A DNA stretch of 64,000 bases from Amphiscolops sp. MND2022 (GCA_964187785.1 OZ076409.1:68636001-68700000); one strand, 5' to 3'; counted from the first letter of the stretch, positions 50,462-62,075 are shown. Numbers and translations: made by a program. Notes: generated from the sequence alone by a model not told the origin.

Positions 50462-53400
50462 TTATAAAACATGTGCTCGATCATTTATCAACTTCACAAG
50501 TTGTTGATGGGTGAGTGCTTGTTTCCAATACCAAACATTGAAATAAATTTCTTCATCGGTTTTCTTGCTACCGTCATCATTTATAGTTAATTCTTTATAA
50601 TACAAACAAATTAATTTCAGACAATATATACAAGGGCAATCGCCTTTTTGAGTGTGTTTATCCCATGGTAAACATTGTATTGGATTCATACACAAACGTT
50701 TATCGTCAAAAGGATTCAAACACAACTTTGGTTGTTTTTCAACTGTAAGGTTGTGTAAATTAGATCTAATTGATAACCTTGTGGAACTTGATGTTTCTGG
50801 ATTAAACAATGAATTCTGATATCCTTCACATTTGGGAGCTTTTTGTATTCCTTTTTGTTTCGCTTTTTGATTACTATTATAACTGAAAGAATATGACTTT
50901 GATCGCAATGCTATAAAACTATCTAACACCAAAACTGGACTTGATTCAATTTTCATTTTTCCTATAACTTTCTTGTTAATAGGGTTATATAATTCATGAG
51001 ATTTATCTACTTCACTGAAATCAAATTAAATCTTTATTTTGTTTTAAAAAGTTTGTTGCTTCTTGGTGGTTTGTATCAAAACTAAGTATGAAAGAATCAG
51101 TATCCATGTAGTGTAGTTGTACTTTATTTTGCCAATATGGTTCTAAAGTATGATAATAAAATTCATACATTAATAGTTTACTTAATTCTAACACAGAGAA
51201 CCCCAAATAAATTGGTTTATCAAGGACTGTTTTTTCTTTATCAAATTTGTACACACTAAACTTAAAATAATGATCCATGATTCCTTTGAAACTTAACTTG
51301 GATTGTCTTTTTATTATTTGATCTATTTGAGAATGATAAATGAATTCTAGATTGGTTCTATCTCTTACATTTTCCATTGTCTTACCAAAGAACGCATTGT
51401 TCATTAATTTATACAGGTCTTTTTCAAAGTTTGTTTTTGCTACTGTGCGTTTTTGGTGTTATGATCGATATTTTTACCTAACCATGGACTTTGTTTGAAG
51501 CGGTAGATTGTATGTATCTTCGTTACTTTCATCCCCTGGTTAAGATAAAACTTAAACATCCTATAATGTATCATATAATTCGATTTATTGGTTACATCAC
51601 ACATAAGTTTTGGGGTTGGTTTGTAATTAGGTTGATTTACATTATTCATATAAGCTGAGAATAAGTCTAGATCTGCTTTTGATTGATACGGACAAAAAGG
51701 AAAGTTTTTTGTTTTTTCCTTTATTTCAACAGGATATTCTAAATCACATTCTATAAAGTAACCAAATTCATTTTTGTCTGGAATAACTCTCAAATCTTCT
51801 ACAATTTGTTCTAGTATATACTCTTCTGGTAGTTGTAGTTTTTCGAATTCACTTGTAGGAAGGTATTGACTCATTGCCCATCTATACAAATTATTTGCAT
51901 CAATGTATAAGATTTGTTTATTTTCGTTTGATTCAACAAATCGATCTCCCATTACACTTGAGATGCCTCCCCGTATATTGTTTTCTAGAAGTAGTAGTAG
52001 GTCTTTATCTTTATAAAATCTAACTTTAAATTAGTTAACTTTAATCCAGCTTTCCATGTATAACCAGGTAGAGAGTAACTATACAAAGGATTAATTTTAT
52101 ATTCTCGTGAAGAACTTTCCACAAAGTTTTCGAATACATCAGCTAATTGAAGAACATCCATTTTTAAATATAACATTGTTAATTCTTGTCCGTTCTTTAT
52201 ATTATTTTTATCAATTAATTCTTGGGTTCTTTTTATATCATCATCTGATGGATAAGATTGTGTTAATGTTGACCAATAATCTTCTTAGGTTAGATTAAGT
52301 GGTTTATCAAAATTATCCAAGTTAAAATATGCATATGAATAAGATAACTTCTTCTTAAATAATTTATCTATATATCCAATTTCATCCATTACAGGTAAGT
52401 TGTCTAAACTTTTAACTAATTTATCTAAACTACTACTTAGAAAACGGTATGAATCCAGGAAACAAAAGCAACCTACTTGAATTGATACATAATTTTCTAT
52501 TGACTTTGGGATTATTTTTGGTTCATACCCTTTTTCGAAAGCTTGTATTAAGAGTTTTTCAAATATAAGATGACAATCATACCCCGAAAAGTTATGGAAA
52601 AGTATAGGAACAAAACTTGATGACTTTTGTTTTACATTTATGTTACATATATTATGAGCTGCTCCTCTGTATTTTCCTGTAAGATGATCATGATCTCTTA
52701 CTTTATGCAAAGCTGTATCTTCAGTAAAAGGTTGTTCACAAAGCCAACACTCTTCTGCTTGTTCAAATTGTACTTCTTCTTCTTGACTCATTTCTAATTC
52801 TAAATTTGTTTTAAAATATTTTGATGCAATTTTTTCTAAAGTCAACATTTTATTTACAAACCATTTAGTACAGCTTTGCTGCCCTCCGGTACAATCTGTT
52901 CCGAAGTATGAATAATACTTGCTTTCATATGGTGAAATTAAATAAAATCCTACTGCAATTGGAATTTGTTTAAATAATACTTTGGGGTCTTTTTGAGGTT
53001 GATTAATGCATTCAAAATCTGCATATACTCTTATTGGTACAGGAACTTTCATATAAAAATTTTCAAACTTTAACTGATTCTTCCAACTGAATGTAATTTT
53101 AGTTGGTTGTTGATTAATACATCTTTCTATGAGGTTGTTTAGAACATCGTTTGAATAAAATGCAGTAAAACATCTTCTACAAACATGTTTCATGTGTGAA
53201 TCTTTATTTATTAAACAATGTAACTTTGTAATTAAACAAGAGTGATTTTTAAATAACATTAAATCAATTTGTGGTTGTTTGTAATTTTCGTTAATATAAA
53301 TTGGTGTTAAAACATTTCCAGTGAGTTCAAATACATTTATACCATGACCTCTGATATTCAATTTATTAAGTCTTTCAAATTTGGGAATGTCTTTAACTTT

Positions 53401-54250
53401 CATAGGGAATTCCAATCCTTTTAGGTTGAGTTTATTCTCATGCATTAAATATTTTGATATTCTTTCTTTATGATCCTCAACAGGATATAAATATGCTAGG
53501 ATACACCATAAAAAACAATATTGATCAATATTTTTTATATTTATAATTGATTTACTATCCTTATATTTTCCTGGTAACTCAATGTATGAAGATGCTTGAA
53601 TATCTCTAACTTTATATATTTCTAATAAAACTTCTTCTCTTTCTTGAAATTGGAAACCTGATCCTTCCAATTGGATATCGTCTAATTTCTCCATTAATGT
53701 GTTATGAGTATCTTGTTGTGTAGCGGACTGCAAGTGATTATATATTAGATCTGATTTTATCCATCTTTTAAATACTTCTTCTTCTCCATTGACTATTTTT
53801 GAAAATTTAGATAGATAACTCAATTGATATTTATATCGGGGAAAGTAATTTTTATCTAGTAATTCATTTATGTTATGTTCAAGATTTTCACTTGGATTTA
53901 TTTTTAGTTTCATGTATAATTTTTGATTCACAATTATTTCCACGCCTACCAAAGTTTCTACACTGAAAGGTGTATCGAAGGCGCTTTGTTGATGCCGGTT
54001 GTGAATTTCACTTTGGAAATGTCTTGTTTTATCTGTTTTATATTTACCACATTCTTCACAGCATACTTTTTTATTTTTATTTTTATGTTCATCTGAATTT
54101 AAATGAGAACTTTTATCTGAGATATGTATATATAAATTACATAGATTACAATAATATTGCCCTAATTTTTTTGATGTTTTACTGACTTATTATGAGGTAA
54201 TTTGAAAGCTTTTTTACAATATTTAAAACACAAATATTACAATATCCCAT
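50462..54250 (-). pseudogene. polB: Protein-primed family B DNA polymerase, frameshifted
   Basis: Exo motifs YADFEC, HNFSGYDCH, YLKMDV; polymerase motifs YIDANNLY, KLMNNAFFGKT, YMDTDS; embedded CWLC..VRDHDHLTGKYRGAAHNICN (endonuclease VII-like); N-terminal Cys/His fingers. Split over ORFs 52285-53952, 51985-52176, 51440-51952, 51021-51404 and 50462-50956. Confidence 0.95.
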
Positions 54251-54894
54251 TTCTATTTATTAAAGAAAAAAAGTTTATTTAAAAATTTTTCAATGAATGT
54301 TTTTCAAAAAATTGGTGAAAAAATATTTATATTTTGTGGGTTCAATGAAATTTGTCAGGGAGAAAAGTTGTTCATATTCTGAATATCTAAAATTTTATTC
54401 CCTGACTTTTCACGGTAGGACCAACCAGTCTAGAGTAAAATGAAGAAAACCCATTTTCTACACCTGTTTTCTCACCTGGTAATCAGTGGGTTCAAGATAC
54501 AGAAAAATTTTCTTCTTGTAAATTGTTTCTCTTGTTTTTGTCAACAACTTTGCTCTGGTATAGTAGGATGAGTCAGTGTCGAGAAAATTGAGAAAAACGT
54601 GTTTTTCACACCTGTTTTGATAGGTGGTAATTAGTGGGTTGATTTTAGAGAAAAACCGCAAATACAAAATTTGTGTAACTTTTAATCAGCTACAACTTTT
54701 GTTTCTGTGAATTTTGTCTAAAATTGTTTCCCGTTGAGATATTGAGTAAATTATGTTTTCCCATGTATTCAGATTAGATATAATTCATCAAAACCAAAAC
54801 CAAAACTGAAACAAAAACCAAAACTCAAATAATTTCAAAAATTATCAGAATTTCCGATTTGGTTTGAATGCTTTGATCTACTTTCATGTTTTTG

Positions 54895-55149
54895 TCAACT
54901 AAGTGACACTTCACTGCAATTCAATTTCATGCCACATGGTTCTCGAGTGTGAAATGTCAGTTTGTCCTCACTGCACACTTCACTGCAAAAATGAATTGAA
55001 TTGCACATGTTACAATTTTCATTTCTTCCCTTTTCTATGTGTTCGGTATGCAATTTTGCATGCGATGCCAGCTTTGCTGTATTACACTTATTACAGAGGT
55101 TAGTGAATTTTTCTTTTTGACAAAGTTTTCCAGTGGAAAATTTTGTCAT
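54895..55149 (-). CDS. Small Cys/His-rich Polinton ORF starting in the right TIR
   Basis: 84-aa ORF with CxxC/H pairs; may be spurious or decayed. Confidence 0.3.
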   Translation of the reverse strand: MTKFSTGKLCQKEKFTNLCNKCNTAKLASHAKLHTEHIEKGRNENCNMCNSIHFCSEVCSEDKLTFHTREPCGMKLNCSEVSLS

Positions 55150-55408
55150 TTGATTTTTATTTTGTTAATTTTTTTGTTGCGAAAAAAGGCTAATTTTTAA
55201 TGATTTGCCTTGAAAATATGTTATTTTTTAACAGTTAGGTGTGAAAAAAAACGTTAATTTTAGATGATTTGCCTTGAAAATATGTTATTTTTTAATAATT
55301 TTTTATTACGGTAAAAAAAACGTTAACTTTAGATGGTTTGCCTTGAAAATATGTTATTTTTTTACTATTTTTTTTATTACGGGATATATCGGGAAATAGC
55401 CTACTACT
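55120..55408 (-). repeat. Polinton right TIR
   Basis: Three copies of the TTGCCTTGAAAATATGTTATT sub-repeat; terminal CTACTACT. Confidence 0.9.
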
Positions 55409-55602
55409 GTAACGTTTAAAAAGTAAAAAACCAAAGGGGGATCCTTCGGAATAATATATACGCGTTTCCCGGGTATTTAGTTTCCTTTAGTTGAACGTTA
55501 ACGTTCGTCGCTTCGAGTCTGTCTTAAATTAAAAAAATAATATAAAAAACGAGTGACTGTAATAGTCGGGTTCTTTTATTTATAAAAGCGCCGACAAAAA
55601 AA

Positions 55603-56220
55603 CAATTCTATTGCTCAAGCTAGATTGAATGAAACATCTGCTGATCAAGTTGCACACGGAAACAATCTTCAAATTCAAGATGCCTAGGAAGATTCGGGTA
55701 TAGTAGATTTGAAGAGAAAGTGTACAAATGATTACAAAAAGAACAAAGCAAGAACACAAGCGTGAGTTAACAGATTTAATAACAAATTTAGAAACCACAG
55801 GCTACAGGTTGAGCGAAAACAAAACAGAAGTTTTTTAAAAGGTAAATAGAATGAGTAGGGCATAAAATTGGCCAAAACGGGGTCACCCCATTGCAAGACA
55901 AATTAAAGTCCATACCAGAACTAAAAGAGCCGAAAAACTAAATGTCCTTCTTAGAGGGCAATTCAGCATTTATTAAATTACATAGTGAGTTTGTCAACAC
56001 AAAGGATTCTGTTAGGACAATTGTAGAAAAAAATATTTGGAACTGGACAACGGAACATTTTAGCTCAAATCTCAACAAAATAACCGCAGACGCCAGTTTT
56101 AGCCTTGACCATGTTCTCCTACGAATACTTAAGCCTTATAATCAACTGTGGATGAACTGGCCGCAAAACTGACGAACAAAATTGGCACCTCAAAAGATAC
56201 CATGGAATAAGCTTTACAAA
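55603..56220 (+). pseudogene. Old Gypsy relic, continuation (post-protease and RT fragments)
   Basis: TILLLKLD*MKHLLIKL and ITKRTKQEHKRELTDLITNLETTGYRLSENK resemble TPLLGVNWVKQLPIII and VTRGTKEQHTQKLEPVL..YRASENK of the 33894-39484 element. Confidence 0.6.
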
Positions 56221-58243
56221 GAGGGCATTTCGTTTAAATCAGTCATTGAACTTGTCACTCTTTTCGCCTGATCAAAATTCTTATCACAATTTATCATACG
56301 AAGAGGCTCGGAACTGCAGCTGAAATGGGCAATGCATTGAGTTGAAATGTGTCATATAACGGTTTACAGTTATTTCAGAAAAATATTCCATTTTCTTGTT
56401 TCATTTGTAATGTGTTAAGCTATAGTTAATTCACGACCCTACACGATTTCTTGAAAATAATTTACAGTTCATTTTGAAACATTCAAATCATGGCCAAAAA
56501 GACAATATACATTTTTCCAATGTTACGAGAACTCGAAACTGCATTCAGTTCTTGAAAAATTCTAAGCTTGCGAAGGTTTCAAAAAAATGGTTCAATTTAC
56601 TTTTGCGTGAAGCACGTTTTCAGTTTCGAAACATGAAAGAAATTGGAAGAAAAGTGGACTTCAAATCTGGAAAACTAAATATTTGGTAATAAAGTGAAGT
56701 TCGGACATTTCTTTCTTATATCGAAAAGAACGCGCATCTATAACATAAAAACAATGCAGCGCTCTTTAAAATTTAATCTCTCAGAGACTGATTTCGAAAA
56801 TAGTTTGTATGCTTTAAGGCACAATTCACTTCTTCGGAAGTTCAGATTCCATTTTCTTCAAGTTTCATTCATTCCAAGCTTTTCTATAATTCAAAAAGTT
56901 TATTTGCACGGCATGCATAGTAAATATCTGTTTTGACAGCTTTTTGAAAGAAATGCTCCAAAATTGTTTGTTTTCGCCACAAATAGGCACCTTTTCATTT
57001 TTGTTCTTGGTAGATATTCTCAAAGAGCAATCCAGGTTTTTGTTCAGCAAAACAATTACTTCTCCAGTCCAGGTGTTTTCCCTATTTTTAATATACTTAA
57101 AAGAGCCAAAGTGAGGAAACTTACACTTTATAAAGACACTTTTTCCTCGATTTCTCTAATCAAAATACTCTGTTTCGTTTTTATTTGAGCGAAAGTGCGT
57201 TTCCAATAGGGAAACCTCCATTCAAAAGTTTCGACTGCTTACGCTTTCAAGTTACTTACCCCTGAATCTTGCCGAAAATCGAAGGCATTAAAAAGCAATT
57301 CAGGATGTTTTGGCCTCAGTTCGCTCCAATTCGTGTTATGATTCGAGTCAACTCAGAGTTACGTAACACCGTCTACTTCTGTAAATAAAGTCCGTGGCCA
57401 AGTAAAAAAAAACTTAATTTTCTCCAATATATATTACATTAAGTCCAATTCAACCACTTTTCTGACTCAAACAAAATGCAACATTAAAAATAATTATTGC
57501 GTCTTAATTCACTGGTAATAACTTCATTTTCGGGATGCAGCGCAGTACAGCTGAATTCAAACTAGATAGAACAATTTCAGGTTGATATAGAACAGCTGAT
57601 TTTTAAACAAGTCAAAATGACATTTTTGACGTTAAACAGTCAGTTCATTTTTACTATTATAGAAAATTAATACGTTTTGAATTACAAATTTTTAATTACA
57701 GTTGAGGCAAAAAAGATAAACGTAGCCTAGCATTTTATTTCATTGGATATGGTTATTAAAACCGATTATATAAAATAATTTAAAAAAACATATCCGAAAA
57801 GGACGCAAAACGAGTATTACTTCTCTTTTTGTTTGCGCCCTTGAGAACAAAATCTAGTATTACCGTTTAATTTTAAATAGAAGATAAATAATAAATCATT
57901 GTTAAGAACTAGGAACAATATTGTGATAATCTGAACATAGTTTTCAATTTTCCTAATGAAAACTCAAAGTAATTTTGTTGTAACAGTCATTTTTGGTTCA
58001 GTCAGTTGCATATTTCTCAAAATTGCAAATAACCTTTGTTTAACCAACGTTCGACGAAAGGGTTTTGGAAGCCATATTTGGGTGGGGGGCGGTTATAAGG
58101 TCCGAAACGTGTCCTCTCAAAACGATAACAAAAAGTAGTCAATGATAGTAATAATTGCACAATTATCGATAATTATTAGGACCCAATACTAAGACGATTC
58201 CTAATAGATTAAAGAAAATGCGAAGTTTTATAGAACGTAATCA

Positions 58244-58320
58244 CCGACGACGAAATTTCCGACGACGAAAGTTCTTGTGACGACATTTCTGACGACGAAA
58301 TTTCCGACGACGAAATTTCT
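58244..58320. repeat. 15-bp minisatellite (CGACGACGAAATTTC) x 5
   Basis: Directly visible, ~115 bp upstream of the paralogue 3 ATG. Confidence 0.85.
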
Positions 58321-58435
58321 GGTAATCAAAAAATGCGTCAACATGCACTGCATCCCGTCTGTTTCGGAACAAAACCAAAACGGTTTTAGAATTTTGAAAC
58401 ATTAAACGAGGTCACGTTGTTCTTTTGTCACAGTC

Positions 58436-60855
58436 ATGACTGTCAAGCCCATGGTGAATACAAACGCATGGGGCTCCCACGAGGAAACCGAAGATGTGCT
58501 GGCAATCAAAGCCTCTGCTGTGTCTTCTGACAACGACTGGGCAGCCGAAGGATACTTTGTGTTCAAGAAGTTCCTCACATTAAGGCATGCATCGCAGAAG
58601 CTCACATATCTTTTGCATGAAATTTTCCATGAGATGGATGTTTTTTTAGAACCATATCCAAGCCAAAGCACAGGAGCCCTAGCATTTTGGAATTCCACCA
58701 TGATTCCATTCATCCATTCATGCAACTATATGGTTTCAACATGGAATCACATGGAAAACAGGGGTGGTAGGTTTCAGTGAAAATTAATAAAACCTCATGA
58801 TTTTGGATCCCAAGGAAATTTTTTTCTAACTTTCTGTAAATAAATCTTCTAAACACTCATGGGTGTTTTACGAGCTCGTTTAACAATGTTAGCATCTGCG
58901 ATCTATGTCTCCAGGTTCTTAATATGGCTCTTAATGTGGACGTTTTGCATAACAGTTTCTATTCTGTTCATTCACAGCACTTTTGTTGAATACCAAGAAA
59001 GCGATCCCATAACCACAACTACATTTATTGATGGTAAGCCAAAACCAGACCCAGTAATTGTCAAAATCTGCAACAGTGTTTTCTTGGACGCCCAAAAGAT
59101 TCTCAAATACAACGGAACTGAATTCAATTATGACGCATATGAGTTTCTATACGAAGCGGTGTCTGGAAATTTCTTATTCGACGACTCAAAATGGGTCGTT
59201 TCGACATCAGTCAATGACATGTTTTTCCTCAGTAACAACGTTCTCGATGCGTTCAGATTGGATGTCGACATGTTTCTGGGAACCTGTTACGTGGTTGGGA
59301 GTTACAGAAATTGCATTCCAGACTTCGAATGGCATCTTGACGTCGAAACTTCATGCTACCAGGCACAAATAGACCTTGGTGGCTACGGGCGAAATAGGGC
59401 TCTAAAACTGGGTTTCTTTTTTAACCCAGACATCCAGCTGGGCAAATATATTTCCCTGCCCGGGGTTTATGTCACGTTTTTCCATCCTCGGGATTACATT
59501 CCATACTCGAGTGGTTTTTATGTGGTGCCAAAAGATTTTGTGGTCGTTTCAGCAACCACTGAACACAAAGTTCAGAAAGCTTCCTTTGAGAAGGCTAAAT
59601 GTTTCGAACCAGACGGTCCCCAGTTTTATAACTTCACAGGTGGGCCGTTTGAAGTTGAGTACAACACGGAGTATTGCTCTAACCTGTGTTTTGCCGAAGC
59701 CTATTATAATGAATGCGACTGTTCGCCATTCTATGGAATGAATCAAACTAATTCGGAGTGTCTGGAAGAGGAAGAAAAACGGTTGTGTCTGAAACATCTC
59801 GGAGCCTTTCCTGAGAAAATCGAGAACTCCAGTAAAGAATGCTTGACCAAGTCAGTATTGAACACATCACTTCAAAAGTTTTTTTTAAAAAAAGATAACA
59901 AAATTGAACGGCGATCAAATATAAAGATGAAAACAAACTAGAATTCACAACACGAATATGCAGAAATTTTTTTCATATGTTGTAACAATTAGCTTCAAGT
60001 TGTTGAATTGAGCGAGTGTTAAAAAATTAATTCGAAATCTTTGATAAAGTAAGTATGAGCCATCCATGTTTTGATATGTTTTGTTTGGCATATAATTGTC
60101 TTCAATTGTTTCGTTTTCATTTTCTCATCCGTGAGATCTGAGCTATATATTTTGCTTTATGTGGTAATTGAAACGAGGAAAATATATTCCGGCTCTTCAC
60201 AATATTTGAAAAATAACAATTTCACACGAGGTAAAATAAAAAGAGAACTACAAGTATTTCTGCAAAAAAATGCAAAACCTAAAACGTTTTCATTTTTTTA
60301 TGTGTACAACACTGCGTTAGGTGCTTGAACAAATGTTCCCAAACGTACTTGCGAATGACAGTTTTCAAAGAGCGAGACAAGTACACCAAGTACAAAATAT
60401 TGACGCTGTTACAAGATCTAACTGCGCGGTATGGGTACGAATCTAAAATCTCAAAATTGATTGCCCAAAGAATGATGCTCAGCGGTGACCTTCTAGCCGA
60501 AGCGGACAGACTGAGAGAAAGTATTGCTTACGTCACATTTTATCTTAAGAACAACCAGCAAGAGGTTGTCGTTCAGATCGTCCCCTTCATGACCTTTGCG
60601 ACCTTTGTGAGCAACGTTGGGGGGTTGATGGGACTCTGGCTGGGTCTCAGTGCCATTTCTATAATGCAATTCTTAGAAAAAACTGTGGCTTCGACGATCG
60701 TGTTTCGACATACAGTCCGAAGGCCTATCAAAAAACCAAAGGATCCCGAATCCCCCAAAAAACCAACTTCTAAAGCTTCTCTAAATTACCCACGAGATTC
60801 AGACAAAGAAGTTGCTTTGAAAAGCAAGAGAGGCTCGATGCCTACTGTTCAATAA
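58436..60855 (+). CDS. DEG/ENaC subunit, paralogue 3; exons 58436-58584, 58915-59850, 60321-60855; 539 aa spliced
   Basis: Splicing a GC-AG intron (58585-58914) gives KKFLTLR|FLIWLLMW, colinear with RKFLSVRSLLWVFMW of paralogue 2. A GT-AG intron (59851-60320) gives ECLTK|CLNKCSQTYL, colinear with KCMTGCLNKCKQTYL of paralogue 1. Total CDS 1620 nt; TM2 is FVSNVGGLMGLWLGLS. Confidence 0.88.
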
Positions 60856-61404
60856 GTGAACGAAAGAAAAGCCAATCAAAGGTAGCTTCAACAGAGCATG
60901 GTTTTAAAATGGTGTTGTAAGAATTAATTAATTTAATCAAATATTCTATTTTTTTTTTCAATTTCCAACTTATTTGTTATTCATTTTGAATGCTGAAATC
61001 TTCACTTTTTTGACACGTGGGCAGTTTGAGTTTGACCTGAAGAATATGATATTGTAAACACTTGATTTCACTTTAAAGTCTACACAGAAATAAATTCTTA
61101 ATTTTCTGATCCGTTGTTTGAAAGCAAGTTTGATATGTTTCCACAGATGACCACTGCATATACCGATTTTCAGTCAAATTTCGGGAAAAGCTTTTCAAAA
61201 TTTTCATAGCTCGCGTCAAGTTTGTCAATAGTTGAAACGGAAACTACACTCTACTCTGTAGGGAATTGATTTAATGTTGCACAATATTTCAACGAGATAA
61301 AGTAGTGTCTTCCGCGAATAGTCGCTTTTGCCACCCCAAACGCGACAATACAAAATTAAACACGGAACAGTCTGTTCAAATCACACAAACAAAATACACA
61401 TCAT

Positions 61405-61812
61405 GGGGACGGTTCAAATCGTAGAATATTCAAACCGTCCAAAGCAGTTTACACGCAGTAAATACTGCGCGTCATAGTCACGTGCCCAAACTTTCATTCA
61501 ATGAACCAATCAAATTCAGTAAAATGAATACAGCACAAGCGACGAACTAATTACGATAACGTAAGTCAGCTATGTCCACAAACTCCTAGTGCCCTAAATG
61601 CAGGAGCGAAGCGAAGCGGAGCGACGTGCCATTTGGCCATGCCTCAATGTTGCTACTTGGCGAAGGGAGCGAAGCGACCGAGCCATACAACAAGTATGCT
61701 AACCTCTTCAAATTATAACCTGAAAATAGTCGCTGCTATGGAATTCTTTCGACGCTTTGAATAGCTTTGATTTTTTCGACGTTTTGAATATTCTACGATT
61801 TGAATAGACACC
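61405..61812. mobile_element. Mutator-like MITE (408 bp)
   Basis: ~40-bp TIRs with core TTCAAATCGTAGAATATTCAAA, GG...CC ends, and a perfect 9-bp TSD ACACATCAT (61396-61404; 61813-61821). Confidence 0.88.
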
Positions 61813-62075
61813 ACACATCATACCCAATTTCTTAACTGTCTACAGTTTTTTCTTGAAATCTCGGCACTAGAACCTTGAATGTGTACTGAGTAGTTCACAG
61901 ATTAAAGATCATTTACATTCATTAAGTACTTTCACGAAACAATAGCGAAGCATTCAGAAGATCATCCCTGTGGTTACCTGTTTCCGAGGTGATTATACGA
62001 GACTAATAGAATACAGAAGCAAAAAGTATATTTTCTCACAATTAATTGAGAACACAGACTTCATATAATGCTTTT

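Larger units (their letters stand above)
41560..55408. mobile_element. Polinton/Maverick (adintovirus-like) endogenous dsDNA virus, complete but decayed, 13849 bp
   Basis: TIRs starting AGTAGTAGGCTATTTCCCGATATATCCCGTAATAAAAAAA and ending ...GGGAAATAGCCTACTACT; perfect 6-bp TSD GTAACG (41554-41559; 55409-55414). Encodes pPolB, retroviral-like integrase, cysteine protease, ATPases and capsids. Confidence 0.96.
41266..55602 (-). mobile_element. HINE-like element, copy E, interrupted by the Polinton
   Basis: AACAAGACGGGAACATCTCAAGTCGGTGCTATATCTGAGGCTC at 41266; GACTGTAATAGTCGGG...AAAAGCGCCGACAAAAAAA ending at 55602. Confidence 0.75.

Noticed and set aside
58585..58780. C-terminal half of the 114-aa ORF 58436-58780 as a separate protein
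   Set aside because: Read-through into intron 1 of DEG/ENaC paralogue 3; only the first 49 codons align with the paralogues.
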